This document shows positions 27,772 through 42,188 of a stretch of DNA of 64,000 bases, piece after piece. Every line of letters starts with the position of its first letter. The stretch's first letter is position 1. This DNA comes from Escherichia coli. Its GTDB lineage: Bacteria; Pseudomonadota; Gammaproteobacteria; Enterobacterales; Enterobacteriaceae. The notes under the pieces are model-generated. The model did not search any database. It had not been told where the DNA came from and saw only the letters and a program-made list of their open reading frames with translations. Where the stretch lies: the NCBI RefSeq assembly GCF_003790525.1, contig NZ_CP033635.1. One strand, written 5' to 3'. The position numbers were made by a program, and so were the translations under genes.

Positions 27772-28851
27772 TTAATTAATTTCAAAATCCAAATCCAGGT
27801 CGTCTTCTTTTTCATCAGTCGAAGACCCATTTTTACGCGCCAGACTTTTCAGCACGTTCACACAAACAGCCGTCACCACTGCTCCGACAGCCACTGCTGC
27901 GATATAACCCAGCTTGCCTTCAACCACCGGCAGCACAATCAGACCACCCCAGCCTGCATAGCACTGCGCACCGACCAGCGCCGCAGTTACTGCACCACAA
28001 ACTGAACCGATCATGATGGAAGGAATAACACGCAGCGGATCGGCAGCGGCGAAAGGAATCGCCCCTTCAGTAACCCCAACACAGCCCATCACCAGTGCCG
28101 CCTTGCCGGTTTCGCGCTCTTCTGCGGAGAAATTTTTACGACCAATCAGCGTCGCCAGCCCCATCCCCAGCGGTGGAACACAAATCCCAACAGCGGCAAT
28201 AGCCACCACGGTATAAACACCCTGAGCAACGCAAATCAGCATGAAGGCATAGGCCACTTTGTTAACCGGGCCGCCCATATCGAACGCCAGCATCAGACCC
28301 ATGATCACCGCCAGCATAACAATGCTGCCCTGCTGCATCCCCTGAAGCCACTGAGTCAGGCTGTTGGTCAACGCCCCTACAGGCTCGCCCAGCCCCCACA
28401 TCATGACGCCAGCGGTAATCAGTGTGCCGACGATAGGAATGATGAAGATTGGCATCACCGAGCGCAGAACTTTATGCACCGGAATTTTCTTCAGGTAATG
28501 CACCACGATGCCGCCGATAATCCCGGCGATCAGTGCACCAAAGAAGCCCGCACCAAAGCTGTTACCAACCCAGGCACCGATAGCGCACGGAGCCAGCGCA
28601 GAGCGTTCTGCAATGGAATAACCGATGTAAGCGGCGAGGAAAGGCACCATCAGCGTCAAACCTGCAACGCCGATATCAAACAGTTTTTTCAGATTCGGAT
28701 CGGCGACGGCATCCGGCACTGCGCCTTTGCCATACAACATGACGGAAACCGCCAGCAAAATACCGCCCGATACCACGAAGGGAATCATGTGTGAAACGCC
28801 CGTCATTAAATGCTGACGAGTATTTTTCAGGATCTGCACCAACTCATTCAT
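27772..28851 (-). CDS. frwC: PTS fructose-like enzyme IIC permease
   Basis: 359-aa polytopic membrane ORF upstream of frwB. Confidence 0.92.
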   Translation of the reverse strand: MNELVQILKNTRQHLMTGVSHMIPFVVSGGILLAVSVMLYGKGAVPDAVADPNLKKLFDIGVAGLTLMVPFLAAYIGYSIAERSALAPCAIGAWVGNSFGAGFFGALIAGIIGGIVVHYLKKIPVHKVLRSVMPIFIIPIVGTLITAGVMMWGLGEPVGALTNSLTQWLQGMQQGSIVMLAVIMGLMLAFDMGGPVNKVAYAFMLICVAQGVYTVVAIAAVGICVPPLGMGLATLIGRKNFSAEERETGKAALVMGCVGVTEGAIPFAAADPLRVIPSIMIGSVCGAVTAALVGAQCYAGWGGLIVLPVVEGKLGYIAAVAVGAVVTAVCVNVLKSLARKNGSSTDEKEDDLDLDFEIN

Positions 28852-29159
28852 AAGCTGCTCCCGGGCTTGCGAAAGCCCATGTCCATATTTTTGATGGAAG
28901 AAACAATAGGCAATCGCAGGCGGAGCAAACAGTGGATAAAAAGGCCATTTACTGGACTTTTGTAATATCAGTACAAAAATGCGATCCGCCTCATAACTTG
29001 CGATAACCCGGAAGCATGCCGCAAAACGGCGTCTTGTGAGACGCGTCGCAAATTGGCGGTTACATTACATTTGTCCAGCTTTTGGCAGATTTGTCACATG
29101 GCAGGCCGTTGCCGTGCGCTCTTATCCTGTAAACAGAAAACCGTACCGGGAGAGAGGCA

Positions 29160-31661
29160 ATGGCCCTGATTGTGGAATTTATTTGTGAGCTACCTAACGG
29201 CGTACATGCGCGTCCGGCAAGCCACGTTGAAACGCTGTGTAATACTTTTTCATCACAAATTGAGTGGCATAACCTGCGCACTGACCGCAAGGGCAACGCC
29301 AAAAGCGCCCTTGCGCTGATTGGCACCGATACGCTGGTGGGCGATAACTGCCAGTTACTGATTTCCGGGGCCGACGAACAGGAAGCGCACCAGCGTTTAA
29401 GCCAATGGCTGCGCGATGAATTCCCCCACTGCGACGCACCGCTGGCGGAAGTAAAATCTGACGAACTGGAACCACTGCCGGTTTCACTGACCAATCTGAA
29501 TCCGCAAATTATCCGTGCCCGCACCGTGTGCAGCGGTAGCGCAGGCGGCATTCTGACGCCGATCTCTTCTTTAGATCTCAATGCGCTGGGTAATCTTCCC
29601 GCAGCCAAAGGCGTTGACGCCGAACAATCCGCACTGGAAAACGGTCTGACGCTGGTACTGAAAAACATAGAGTTTCGTCTGCTGGATAGCGACGGTGCTA
29701 CCAGCGCGATTCTGGAAGCGCACCGATCCCTGGCTGGCGATACTTCCCTGCGCGAACATTTACTGGCAGGTGTCAGCGCCGGATTAAGCTGCGCCGAAGC
29801 GATTGTTGCCAGTGCGAATCACTTTTGCGAAGAGTTCGCCCGTTCCAGCAGCAGCTACCTGCAAGAACGTGCCCTGGACGTACGCGACGTCTGCTTCCAG
29901 TTACTCCAGCAAATCTACGGTGAGCAACGCTTCCCGGCACCGGGCAAACTGACGCAGCCCGCCATTTGTATGGCTGATGAACTGACCCCCAGCCAGTTCC
30001 TCGAACTGGATAAAAATCACCTCAAAGGATTGTTGCTCAAAAGCGGCGGCACCACCTCACATACGGTGATCCTTGCCCGTTCGTTCAACATTCCGACGCT
30101 GGTTGGTGTGGATATTGATGCCCTCACTCCGTGGCAGCATCAAACGATTTATATCGACGGCAACGCTGGGGCGATTGTGGTTGAGCCAGGGGAATCCGTG
30201 GCCCGTTATTATCAGCAAGAAGCCCGCGTACAGGACGCTCTGCGTGAGCAACAGCGTGTCTGGCTGACCCAACAAGCCCGTACCGCTGACGGTATCCGCA
30301 TTGAAATTGCTGCTAACATCGCTCACTCCGTGGAAGCGCAGGCCGCATTCGGCAATGGTGCGGAAGGCGTTGGTTTATTCCGCACTGAAATGCTCTATAT
30401 GGATCGCACCAGCGCACCGGGCGAAAGCGAGCTGTACAACATTTTTTGTCAGGCGCTGGAGTCCGCCAACGGACGCAGCATTATTGTGCGCACTATGGAT
30501 ATTGGCGGTGACAAACCCGTTGATTATCTGAACATTCCCGCAGAGGCAAACCCGTTCCTCGGTTATCGCGCCGTGCGTATTTATGAAGAGTACGCGTCGT
30601 TATTTACCACACAACTACGGTCGATTCTCCGTGCCTCCGCTCACGGCAGCCTGAAAATCATGATCCCGATGATCTCCTCAATGGAAGAGATCTTATGGGT
30701 AAAAGAAAAACTGGCAGAAGCCAAACAGCAACTACGTAACGAACACATTCCGTTTGATGAGAAGATCCAGCTCGGCATTATGCTGGAAGTGCCGTCGGTG
30801 ATGTTCATCATCGATCAATGCTGCGAAGAGATTGATTTCTTTAGTATCGGTAGTAATGACCTGACGCAATATCTGCTGGCAGTGGATCGCGATAACGCTA
30901 AGGTTACTCGTCACTATAACAGCCTGAATCCGGCCTTCTTGCGGGCGCTCGATTACGCCGTGCAGGCGGTGCATCGCCAGGGCAAATGGATTGGTCTGTG
31001 CGGTGAACTGGGAGCGAAAGGTTCCGTGCTGCCTTTGCTGGTCGGTTTAGGGCTGGATGAACTCAGCATGAGCGCACCATCAATTCCGGCGGCGAAAGCG
31101 CGGATGGCGCAACTTGATAGCCGTGAGTGCCGCCAGTTGCTCAACCAGGCAATGGCCTGCCGTACGTCGCTGGAAGTGGAACACCTGCTGGCGCAATTCC
31201 GCATGACCCAACAAGACGCACCGCTGGTCACCGCCGAGTGCATCACACTGGAAAGCGACTGGCGCAGCAAAGAAGAAGTGCTCAAAGGCATGACCGATAA
31301 CCTGCTGCTGGCGGGCCGCTGCCGCTATCCGCGTAAACTGGAAGCCGACTTGTGGGCGCGCGAGGCCGTTTTCTCTACCGGTCTGGGCTTTAGTTTCGCC
31401 ATTCCCCACAGCAAATCAGAACACATTGAGCAATCCACCATCAGCGTGGCGCGTCTGGCAGCGCCGGTGCGCTGGGGCGATGATGAAGCGCAATTCATCA
31501 TTATGTTAACCCTGAACAAACATGCTGCGGGCGATCAGCACATGCGCATTTTCTCGCGCCTCGCTCGTCGCATCATGCACGAAGAATTCCGTAACGCGCT
31601 GGTTAACGCCGCCTCTGCCGACGCTATCGCCAGCCTGCTGCAACATGAACTGGAACTGTAA
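29160..31661 (+). CDS. ptsA: PTS multiphosphoryl transfer protein (HPr-like, enzyme I and EIIA domains)
   Basis: 833-aa ORF divergent from frwC; N-terminal HPr-like [23 protein letters not shown], central PEP-utilising enzyme I region. Confidence 0.92.
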   Translation: MALIVEFICELPNGVHARPASHVETLCNTFSSQIEWHNLRTDRKGNAKSALALIGTDTLVGDNCQLLISGADEQEAHQRLSQWLRDEFPHCDAPLAEVKSDELEPLPVSLTNLNPQIIRARTVCSGSAGGILTPISSLDLNALGNLPAAKGVDAEQSALENGLTLVLKNIEFRLLDSDGATSAILEAHRSLAGDTSLREHLLAGVSAGLSCAEAIVASANHFCEEFARSSSSYLQERALDVRDVCFQLLQQIYGEQRFPAPGKLTQPAICMADELTPSQFLELDKNHLKGLLLKSGGTTSHTVILARSFNIPTLVGVDIDALTPWQHQTIYIDGNAGAIVVEPGESVARYYQQEARVQDALREQQRVWLTQQARTADGIRIEIAANIAHSVEAQAAFGNGAEGVGLFRTEMLYMDRTSAPGESELYNIFCQALESANGRSIIVRTMDIGGDKPVDYLNIPAEANPFLGYRAVRIYEEYASLFTTQLRSILRASAHGSLKIMIPMISSMEEILWVKEKLAEAKQQLRNEHIPFDEKIQLGIMLEVPSVMFIIDQCCEEIDFFSIGSNDLTQYLLAVDRDNAKVTRHYNSLNPAFLRALDYAVQAVHRQGKWIGLCGELGAKGSVLPLLVGLGLDELSMSAPSIPAAKARMAQLDSRECRQLLNQAMACRTSLEVEHLLAQFRMTQQDAPLVTAECITLESDWRSKEEVLKGMTDNLLLAGRCRYPRKLEADLWAREAVFSTGLGFSFAIPHSKSEHIEQSTISVARLAAPVRWGDDEAQFIIMLTLNKHAAGDQHMRIFSRLARRIMHEEFRNALVNAASADAIASLLQHELEL

Positions 31662-31672
31662 AAGGAAACATC

Positions 31673-32335
31673 ATGGAACTGTATCTGGACACCGCTAACG
31701 TCGCAGAAGTCGAACGTCTGGCACGCATATTCCCGATTGCCGGGGTGACAACTAACCCGAGCATTATCGCTGCCAGCAAGGAGTCCATCTGGGAAGTGCT
31801 GCCGCGTCTGCAAAAAGCGATTGGTGATGAGGGTATTTTGTTTGCTCAGACCATGAGTCGTGACGCGCAGGGTATGGTGGAAGAAGCGAAGCGCCTGCGC
31901 GACGCCATTCCGGGCATTGTGGTGAAAATCCCGGTAACTTCCGAAGGTCTTGCCGCCATAAAAATGCTGAAAAAAGAGGGTATTACTACACTTGGCACCG
32001 CTGTATATAGCGCCGCACAAGGGTTATTAGCCGCGCTGGCAGGGGCAAAATATGTTGCTCCGTATGTTAACCGCGTCGACGCCCAGGGCGGTGACGGCAT
32101 TCGTACGGTTCAGGAGCTGCAAGCGCTGTTGGAAATGCACGCGCCAGAAAGCATGGTGCTGGCAGCCAGCTTTAAAACGCCGCGTCAGGCGCTGGACTGT
32201 TTACTGGCAGGATGTGAATCCATCACCCTGCCCTTAGATGTAGCGCAACAAATGCTCAACACCCCTGCGGTAGAGTCAGCTATAGAGAAGTTCGAACACG
32301 ACTGGAATGCCGCATTTGGCACTACTCATCTCTAA
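31673..32335 (+). CDS. fsaB: fructose-6-phosphate aldolase 2
   Basis: 220-aa ORF; [33 protein letters not shown]..., transaldolase-like fold. Confidence 0.94.
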   Translation: MELYLDTANVAEVERLARIFPIAGVTTNPSIIAASKESIWEVLPRLQKAIGDEGILFAQTMSRDAQGMVEEAKRLRDAIPGIVVKIPVTSEGLAAIKMLKKEGITTLGTAVYSAAQGLLAALAGAKYVAPYVNRVDAQGGDGIRTVQELQALLEMHAPESMVLAASFKTPRQALDCLLAGCESITLPLDVAQQMLNTPAVESAIEKFEHDWNAAFGTTHL

Positions 32336-32345
32336 AGGAGCAATT

Positions 32346-33449
32346 ATGGACCGCATTATTCAATCACCGGGTAAATACATCCAGGGCGCTGATGTGATTA
32401 ATCGTCTGGGCGAATACCTGAAGCCACTGGCGGAACGCTGGTTAGTGGTGGGTGACAAATTTGTTTTAGGTTTTGCTCAATCCACTGTCGAGAAAAGCTT
32501 TAAAGATGCTGGACTGGTAGTAGAAATTGCGCCGTTTGGCGGTGAATGTTCGCAAAATGAGATCGACCGTCTGCGTGGCATCGCGGAGACTGCGCAGTGT
32601 GGCGCAATTCTCGGTATCGGTGGCGGAAAAACCCTCGATACTGCCAAAGCACTGGCACATTTCATGGGTGTTCCGGTAGCGATCGCACCGACTATCGCCT
32701 CTACCGACGCACCGTGCAGTGCGTTGTCTGTTATCTACACCGATGAGGGTGAGTTTGACCGCTATCTGATGTTGCCAAATAACCCGAATATGGTCATTGT
32801 CGACACCAAAATCGTCGCTGGCGCACCTGCACGTCTGTTAGCGGCGGGTATCGGCGATGCGCTGGCAACCTGGTTTGAAGCACGCGCCTGTTCCCGTAGC
32901 GGCGCTACCACCATGGCGGGCGGCAAGTGCACTCAGGCGGCGCTGGCACTGGCAGAACTGTGCTACAACACTCTGCTGGAAGAAGGCGAAAAAGCGATGC
33001 TTGCCGCCGAACAGCATGTAGTGACTCCGGCGCTGGAACGCGTGATTGAAGCGAACACCTATTTGAGCGGTGTTGGTTTTGAAAGCGGCGGGCTGGCGGC
33101 GGCACACGCGGTACATAACGGCCTGACCGCTATCCCGGACGCGCATCACTATTATCATGGTGAAAAAGTGGCATTTGGTACGCTGACGCAGCTGGTACTG
33201 GAAAATGCGCCGGTGGAGGAAATCGAAACCGTAGCTGCCCTTAGCCATGCGGTAGGTTTGCCAATAACGCTCGCTCAACTGGATATTAAAGAAGATGTCC
33301 CGGCGAAAATGCGAATTGTGGCAGAAGCGGCATGTGCAGAAGGTGAAACCATCCACAACATGCCTGGCGGCGCAACGCCAGATCAGGTTTACGCCGCACT
33401 GCTGGTAGCTGACCAGTATGGACAACGTTTCCTGCAAGAGTGGGAATAA
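32346..33449 (+). CDS. gldA: glycerol dehydrogenase
   Basis: ORF 32307..33449; product from [25 protein letters not shown] (367 aa). The upstream in-frame ATG at 32307 would overlap the fsaB end. Confidence 0.94.
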   Translation: MDRIIQSPGKYIQGADVINRLGEYLKPLAERWLVVGDKFVLGFAQSTVEKSFKDAGLVVEIAPFGGECSQNEIDRLRGIAETAQCGAILGIGGGKTLDTAKALAHFMGVPVAIAPTIASTDAPCSALSVIYTDEGEFDRYLMLPNNPNMVIVDTKIVAGAPARLLAAGIGDALATWFEARACSRSGATTMAGGKCTQAALALAELCYNTLLEEGEKAMLAAEQHVVTPALERVIEANTYLSGVGFESGGLAAAHAVHNGLTAIPDAHHYYHGEKVAFGTLTQLVLENAPVEEIETVAALSHAVGLPITLAQLDIKEDVPAKMRIVAEAACAEGETIHNMPGGATPDQVYAALLVADQYGQRFLQEWE

Positions 33450-33459
33450 CCTACTCCAA

Positions 33460-33484
33460 ACTCCCGGCTTGTCCGGGAGTTTGA
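33460..33484 (+). terminator. gldA intrinsic terminator
   Basis: Hairpin ctcccggcttgtccgggag followed by ttt. Confidence 0.65.
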
Positions 33485-33495
33485 ACGCAAAATTG

Positions 33496-33596
33496 CCTGA
33501 TGCGCTACGCTTATCAGGCCTACGCAATCTCTGCAATATATTGAATTTGCGTGCTTTTGTAGGCCGGATAAGGCGTTCACGCCGCATCCGGCACTC
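33496..33596. repeat. REP/BIME element
   Basis: Paired REP-type palindromes gcctgatgcgctacgcttatcaggcctac and gtaggccggataaggcgttcacgccgcatccggca. Confidence 0.8.
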
Positions 33597-33723
33597 TGTG
33601 CCAGTAATCTGAAACTCCCACGTTGTTCAGGAATTTTTTATCCGCTTCTGGACATTTTCTCTACAGAACAATCGTTAGCCCGGAAGGTCGAATCTGTGAC
33701 TCTTATTTTCACGGACGAACCAG

Positions 33724-34341
33724 ATGAAAGCTTCACTGGTGCTGGTCAGCCTGCTAACGGCAATTACCAGCCACTCCTTAAAATCTCCCGCCGTTCCACC
33801 AACCGTGGTACAGATCCAGGCCAACACCAACCTTGCCATCGCAGACGGTGCCAGACAGCAAATCGGCAGCACGCTATTTTACGATCCGGCGTATGTGCAG
33901 CTTACCTATCCTGGCGGTGATGTCCCGCAAGAACGCGGCGTATGTTCCGATGTGGTGATCCGTGCATTGCGCAGCCAGAAGGTCGATTTGCAGAAACTGG
34001 TGCACGAAGATATGGCGAAGAATTTTGCTGCGTACCCGCAAAAATGGCAGTTAAAGCGCCCGGACAGCAACATCGATCACCGTCGGGTGCCTAATCTGGA
34101 AACCTGGTTTACCCGCCACGATAAAACACGCCCCACCAGCAAGAACCCCAGTGACTATCAAGCGGGCGATATTGTCTCCTGGCGATTAGATAACGGGCTG
34201 GCACATATTGGGGTGGTGTCAGATGGCTTTGCCCGCGACGGTACGCCGCTGGTGATACATAACATTGGCGCAGGCACGCAGGAAGAAGATGTACTGTTTA
34301 GCTGGCGGATGGTGGGGCACTATCGGTATTTTGCTAAATGA
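33724..34341 (+). CDS. yijF: DUF1287-family protein YijF (secreted)
   Basis: 205-aa ORF with N-terminal signal peptide (MKASLVLVSLLTAITSHS); position between gldA and yijE as in K-12. Confidence 0.88.
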   Translation: MKASLVLVSLLTAITSHSLKSPAVPPTVVQIQANTNLAIADGARQQIGSTLFYDPAYVQLTYPGGDVPQERGVCSDVVIRALRSQKVDLQKLVHEDMAKNFAAYPQKWQLKRPDSNIDHRRVPNLETWFTRHDKTRPTSKNPSDYQAGDIVSWRLDNGLAHIGVVSDGFARDGTPLVIHNIGAGTQEEDVLFSWRMVGHYRYFAK

Positions 34342-34365
34342 GCGCTCGCCCCACATGTAAAAAAT

Positions 34366-35271
34366 TCAGATCCTTTTTACGCTGACGGCTTCTTTTTTCT
34401 TACGGCTCACCAGCGCCAGTGCCAGCACAATCAGCACAATGCCGCTACCTTCAACGGCCCCCGGATTTTCACCGAGCAGCCACCAGGAAAAGAGTACGCC
34501 GCAAACGGGAACGGCCAGTGTGCTTAAGCTGGCAATACTGGCAGGCAAGTTTTTCAATACAAACAACCATAAGCTCCACGCCAGCGCTGTCGCCAGAATC
34601 GCACTGTAGGCCAGCGCCCAGAACACGGTGGGTTGCCAGTCAATTTCACGTTGCGGCACCAGTAAAGCGACCACGCTCATCACCAGCGCCGCATACAGCA
34701 TCTGCCAGGATGTTAGCGACAATAAATCCACGCGCGGATGGCGGGCATACAGACGTTTAGCAACAATCGCGCTCGCCCCCCAACTCACACCGGAGAGGAT
34801 TGCCAGCATGGCGCTTTTCATCGAAGAGAAATCGAGTTGCCACGGCTGCAACACCAAAAATAAGCCGAAAGCGGCAATCAGAATCGCGAAATATTGTCCG
34901 CGTCGCAGGCGTTCACCGAGAAACAACGCGGCGAAAATTACCACCCAGAACGGCATGGTATAGCTCAGGATTGCCACCTTCCCCGCTCCTCCGCTGACCA
35001 GCGCCCACTGCGCCAGGCCGACCATCCCGCAGGTTTGTAACAGGGCAATGGCTAAGGTGTATTTAAACGGCGTCGGGCGCATGCCGCGACCGCGTAATAA
35101 AAGGACGATGAATAAAACGAGAGCGCCGAAAATGCAGCGTAAGGCGGTAAAGTCGAAGGCACCGATGTAGCTGGTGACTTGCTTCATGAAAATCCAGCTA
35201 TAACTCCAGATAAGTGTGAGCACAACCAGGCCACTGATTGCCAGTGGGTTGCTCTTTCCTGCGGCAGACAT
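34366..35271 (-). CDS. yijE: EamA/DMT-family inner-membrane exporter
   Basis: ORF 34366..35304; polytopic membrane protein; start placed at the second in-frame ATG (301 aa) by analogy with K-12. Confidence 0.85.
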
Positions 35272-35322
35272 GAGAGATCCAGTGTGTAGTTTTCCTGTGG
35301 ACACTATACGCCGGTAAAGAAA

Positions 35323-35355
35323 CTTCAGCGACTGCCTGAAAGGCAGTCGCTGAAG
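35323..35355 (-). terminator. katG intrinsic terminator
   Basis: Perfect inverted repeat cttcagcgactgcct / aggcagtcgctgaag just downstream of the katG stop. Confidence 0.7.
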
Positions 35356-35364
35356 AAGGTCAGA

Positions 35365-37599
<2,235 letters not shown>

Positions 37600-37873
37600 T
37601 TATAATTGAATTAATCCACGGATGCGATAGTTGAGATCTTACATATTGTTGGTTAAAGAGATGTAGATCAAATTGATCGTAATTAAGCTTTTTTGATTAT
37701 GTCCGAATTCGGACAAATGCTTTATAAAAAAGGATTTTAGCTTCATATCCTTCAAGTAATGAGGGAGAAAACAAGGCTGACAACCTTATTTTCCCGCCCT
37801 CATTTCGAGGCAGCATTTTGTGCTCTGTTTAAAATTTGTGATCACTGTGTGATTTTCACAAAAGCCACACTAT

Positions 37874-38767
<894 letters not shown>

Positions 38768-38804
38768 TTACCTCATCAATCGCTTGTAGTTATATGTTGT
38801 GTTG

Positions 38805-38838
38805 TGAACATCTATCCATTTAGACGTCCAGATGTAAA
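38805..38838. promoter_or_regulatory. MetJ operator (tandem met boxes) upstream of metF
   Basis: Consecutive 8-bp repeats resembling AGACGTCT (tagacgtc cagatgta ...) 40-75 nt upstream of the metF start. Confidence 0.7.
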
Positions 38839-39145
38839 GATGAAGGAAAAGCCGAGGGGCGTCAACCGAAAAATGACCAATGATGGTGAGGAAAAATCAG
38901 GGAAGTTGAAAAAAACTCATCTTAATTAGAGGCGATAAAAGATTTCTCTATAGCGCAATCCACCTCGCACGTTTTGACTGATATTCTGACAACACAGCGA
39001 CACCTGGGCTTATTCGAAAAACAACGTCCTGCCACCGGATGGTGATGCTAAGGCATCTGATTCGGCCTGCGCCCTCGCGTAGGCCGAATACTGGATCTGC
39101 AAAATCAACTGGTAACAAACAGATGAATCAACTCAATACGTACTT

Positions 39146-40705
39146 TTACTTGATATCTTTCACGCGCATACCGTTGATCTGTTCATCCGTGATGGTGTTA
39201 CCCGCTTTGAAGTAATCAACCACGGCGTGATAAACGTAATAACCGCCCGTTGTGTTACGCGCTTTCCCTTCGGTAAAGGCGGTAAAACCATCTCCACCAT
39301 CAGCAAGGAAACTCTGAGTAGCAATGTGGTAAATCGTCGCATCTTCAATGGGTTTGCCATTCAGAGTCAGCGTGATTACCCGCTGACCAACCGGCTTACT
39401 GCTGTCGTACTTCATTTCCAGGCCTTTCGATACCTGTAAAACGCCATTACTCAAACTTGCGCCGTGTTCCATCAAACTGCGTAATTGTTTACCCGTGAGA
39501 TCCATCGTCACCAGTTCGTTGGGGAACGGGAAGGTACTGATGACGCCACCCATCGTAATTGCACCCGCCGGGATCTCATTGCGAATCCCGCCAGAGTTGG
39601 TTAACGCCAACTGGGTATTTTTACCCGCCGCTGCCAGCAAAGCGTCTGCCGCCAGGTTCCCGAGAGAAGCTGATTCACCATAGGCACGTTTTAGTTCAAC
39701 CGGCGATTGCGCCACCGTTTGTTGCACGACTTCATCCAGCTTTTTGTTCCAACTATCAATCACCTGTTTCGTTTGCGGATCGGGCTTCCACTCATCGGCG
39801 TAAAGGGTTTTAAGCTCGAAGTTTTTCACCGTAAAAGTGTGCGGCTTCTCTTTGTAGTCGAGAACCAGTTTACCGACATCAATCCCGCCGCTGTCAGTGG
39901 AGAGGATTAACGTATTGCCGACTTTAATCGGTTCCGGCGTACCCACATGTGCATGCCCGGTGATCAAAATATCCAACCCTTTCACCTGACTTGCCGTCTG
40001 AATATCTTTATCCAGTGCGCGACGCACATCCGTGCCTCCCATACTGGACTGGCGGGCCGGAACACCTTCGTGGATCAGGGCGACGGTTAGATCAACCTTG
40101 CCTTTGAGTTCATCGATATAACGTTGTAGCCATTTAATTTCATCACGCGCCTCAATACCCACTCGCGTTGCCGCAGATACCGTATCATTAAAGGCAAATA
40201 CACCGTGCAAACCAATCACGCCAATTTTCACGCCGTCTTTTTCAATGATGGTATAGGGCTTATCCCAGAATGATTTACTGCTGTTCTGATAAAAAACATT
40301 ACCCTGCACAATCGGGAATTTTGCCTGACTCAACTGTAATAACGTATTGTCCCAGCCGTGATCAAATTCATGATTACCTATAGTGACCGCATCGAATGGC
40401 ATGGTATTCATAATATCGATAATCGCCTTGCCTTTAGTCAGGCTGCTGATATACGGTCCGGTAAAATAGTCACCCGCATCAAAAAACCAGGTCGCTTTGT
40501 TTTTAGCTTTTTCTTGTTTAACAAGCGTAGTGATATTTGCCCAGCCGCCAATATCCCGTTTACCGTCAGCAATCCACGGCACTTTATAAGGCTCTACATG
40601 TGCATGGAGGTCGTTGGTATAAATGATGGTGACATCTTTGGCGCAAGCCCAAAACGGCAGTGTTAATGCGATACCCGCAGCAAGCATTTTAATTTTCATA
40701 AACAA
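39146..40705 (-). CDS. secreted bifunctional metallophosphatase / 5'-nucleotidase (UshA/CpdB family), paralogue 1
   Basis: 519-aa ORF with N-terminal signal peptide, calcineurin-like motifs ([23 protein letters not shown]) and a C-terminal 5'-nucleotidase-type domain. Absent from this position in K-12 as I recall it. Confidence 0.85.
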   Translation of the reverse strand: MFMKIKMLAAGIALTLPFWACAKDVTIIYTNDLHAHVEPYKVPWIADGKRDIGGWANITTLVKQEKAKNKATWFFDAGDYFTGPYISSLTKGKAIIDIMNTMPFDAVTIGNHEFDHGWDNTLLQLSQAKFPIVQGNVFYQNSSKSFWDKPYTIIEKDGVKIGVIGLHGVFAFNDTVSAATRVGIEARDEIKWLQRYIDELKGKVDLTVALIHEGVPARQSSMGGTDVRRALDKDIQTASQVKGLDILITGHAHVGTPEPIKVGNTLILSTDSGGIDVGKLVLDYKEKPHTFTVKNFELKTLYADEWKPDPQTKQVIDSWNKKLDEVVQQTVAQSPVELKRAYGESASLGNLAADALLAAAGKNTQLALTNSGGIRNEIPAGAITMGGVISTFPFPNELVTMDLTGKQLRSLMEHGASLSNGVLQVSKGLEMKYDSSKPVGQRVITLTLNGKPIEDATIYHIATQSFLADGGDGFTAFTEGKARNTTGGYYVYHAVVDYFKAGNTITDEQINGMRVKDIK

Positions 40706-40831
40706 TCCCTTCCAGTGAGATAAAGGATTGCTACATTACGTTCTGAAAGGCTTTTTTATGTGAGAATACTCACATCCAGAGGCGATAACTGTAGGACAAA
40801 ATCAACGACCTTATGAAATCGTTGGTGATAT

Positions 40832-41959
40832 ATGTCAAATCTGTTTGCGATTAATGTCTGTAAAACGTTCGGTTGTCGAAATTTGGGATTGGCCTCATCG
40901 GAAGATTACAGTTGGCCAGACTATAAACTGGGTTTTCCGGCACTGCACTGCCAGGCATGCGGAAGTTACCCCCCTTTGTTTGATGAACAACAATTTCGTG
41001 ACTGGTTGTCAGTTCACATGACTGCGTGTGCCATAGAAACAGGGCATTTTTGTCCATCATGCTATTGTAAAGAAAAGATTTTTTATGGCCACAACCCGCA
41101 GGGAACACAACGCGTTCAATGCCGTTCATGCAAAAAAGTCTGGACTCCGAAACAGCAGCCAGCAAGAGAAATTACGTATCCCCAGTCCATTGAAACCGTT
41201 CAACTGTTCATGCCCTTTCAAGGAGCCAGCGCAGTACAAAAGCTCTATGTTTTAGTCAGTCTTGACGCCACTCGTGGCAACATCCTTCATCTCTCCACGA
41301 ATTATACGCAACATCAGACAGGAGACAGTCTGCGGTACAGTTACAGAGGCAATACAGAACCAACTGAGCACCATAGCGATATTGTGCAGAGGGTAGATAT
41401 GCGTGAAGCGCAATTCTTGCGCCGGAGCCAGTTCGATGAAATTCAGTATGGCAGTGCTGTGCTCAAGCGCAACGGCAAGGGAGCCATACTACGCCCGGTT
41501 ATCACGGCACACGGGCATTTCAGAATACTGAAAATCCGCTTTCCACATGTCAAAACGCATATCATTTCACACGAATGTTTTCTGAGAGGCGCAATTATTA
41601 CAGCCTGGGCAGATCAGTTCCGCCAACAACAAGGCGAACTTTGGTTCGTAGAAGAAGAAATCAGCGACCGTAACGCTGATATTCCCTGGCATTTTCAGGG
41701 AACGACATACCATGGTTGGTGGCAAAATCAGTGGCAACGCTGGGGGCAGGGGAATAACAGCAAGATGGTCTGCCTGCTCACAGGAGTCTCCTTAGAAAGG
41801 GGCGCAAATGTTTCTCTGGCAACCAGTCGTTGCTTTATCACATGGCTGACAGACCAACACGACTTTACCCAAAGCGCGTTATTATCCGCAGGTCGCGTAA
41901 CGAAAATGCTGACCTCACTGGCGTTAAAATACAATGAATCGCTCACTCCATCTTGTTAG
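40832..41959 (+). CDS. hypothetical Cys-rich protein with N-terminal zinc-ribbon-like motifs
   Basis: 375-aa ORF divergent from paralogue 1; first 100 residues contain C-x4-C, C-x2-C, CPSC-x-C and C-x2-C spacings; remainder unassignable by eye. Confidence 0.55.
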   Translation: MSNLFAINVCKTFGCRNLGLASSEDYSWPDYKLGFPALHCQACGSYPPLFDEQQFRDWLSVHMTACAIETGHFCPSCYCKEKIFYGHNPQGTQRVQCRSCKKVWTPKQQPAREITYPQSIETVQLFMPFQGASAVQKLYVLVSLDATRGNILHLSTNYTQHQTGDSLRYSYRGNTEPTEHHSDIVQRVDMREAQFLRRSQFDEIQYGSAVLKRNGKGAILRPVITAHGHFRILKIRFPHVKTHIISHECFLRGAIITAWADQFRQQQGELWFVEEEISDRNADIPWHFQGTTYHGWWQNQWQRWGQGNNSKMVCLLTGVSLERGANVSLATSRCFITWLTDQHDFTQSALLSAGRVTKMLTSLALKYNESLTPSC

Positions 41960-42188
41960 TCAATACACTCGACAAACGACCATAAATTAATGGGATCACT
42001 ATTTCTCATTTAATTAAATATATGAATATATGACTGAAAAATATAATCACAGTCAATGTTTAATTAATAACATTATTTGTTACCAAGATCACATAATACT
42101 TTCCTGACCTATGCTTACATAAAAATAAGACACGGTGTTCCTTTTATTTAAATAATTCAACCAATGTAACAACCCCTATCAAGGAGGG

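Noticed and set aside
29333-29340. Chi octamers (gctggtgg) at 16802..16809, 29333..29340 and 58994..59001
   Set aside because: Chi is over-represented throughout E. coli core genomes (roughly one per 5 kb); these are expected background, not a distinctive signal.
39064-39090. Palindrome attcggcctgcgccctcgcgtaggccgaat downstream of nucleotidase paralogue 1, considered as its terminator or a REP element marking the islet junction
   Set aside because: There is no T-run on the minus strand and the repeat is too short and imperfect to call; it may simply belong to the ancestral metF-metL spacer.
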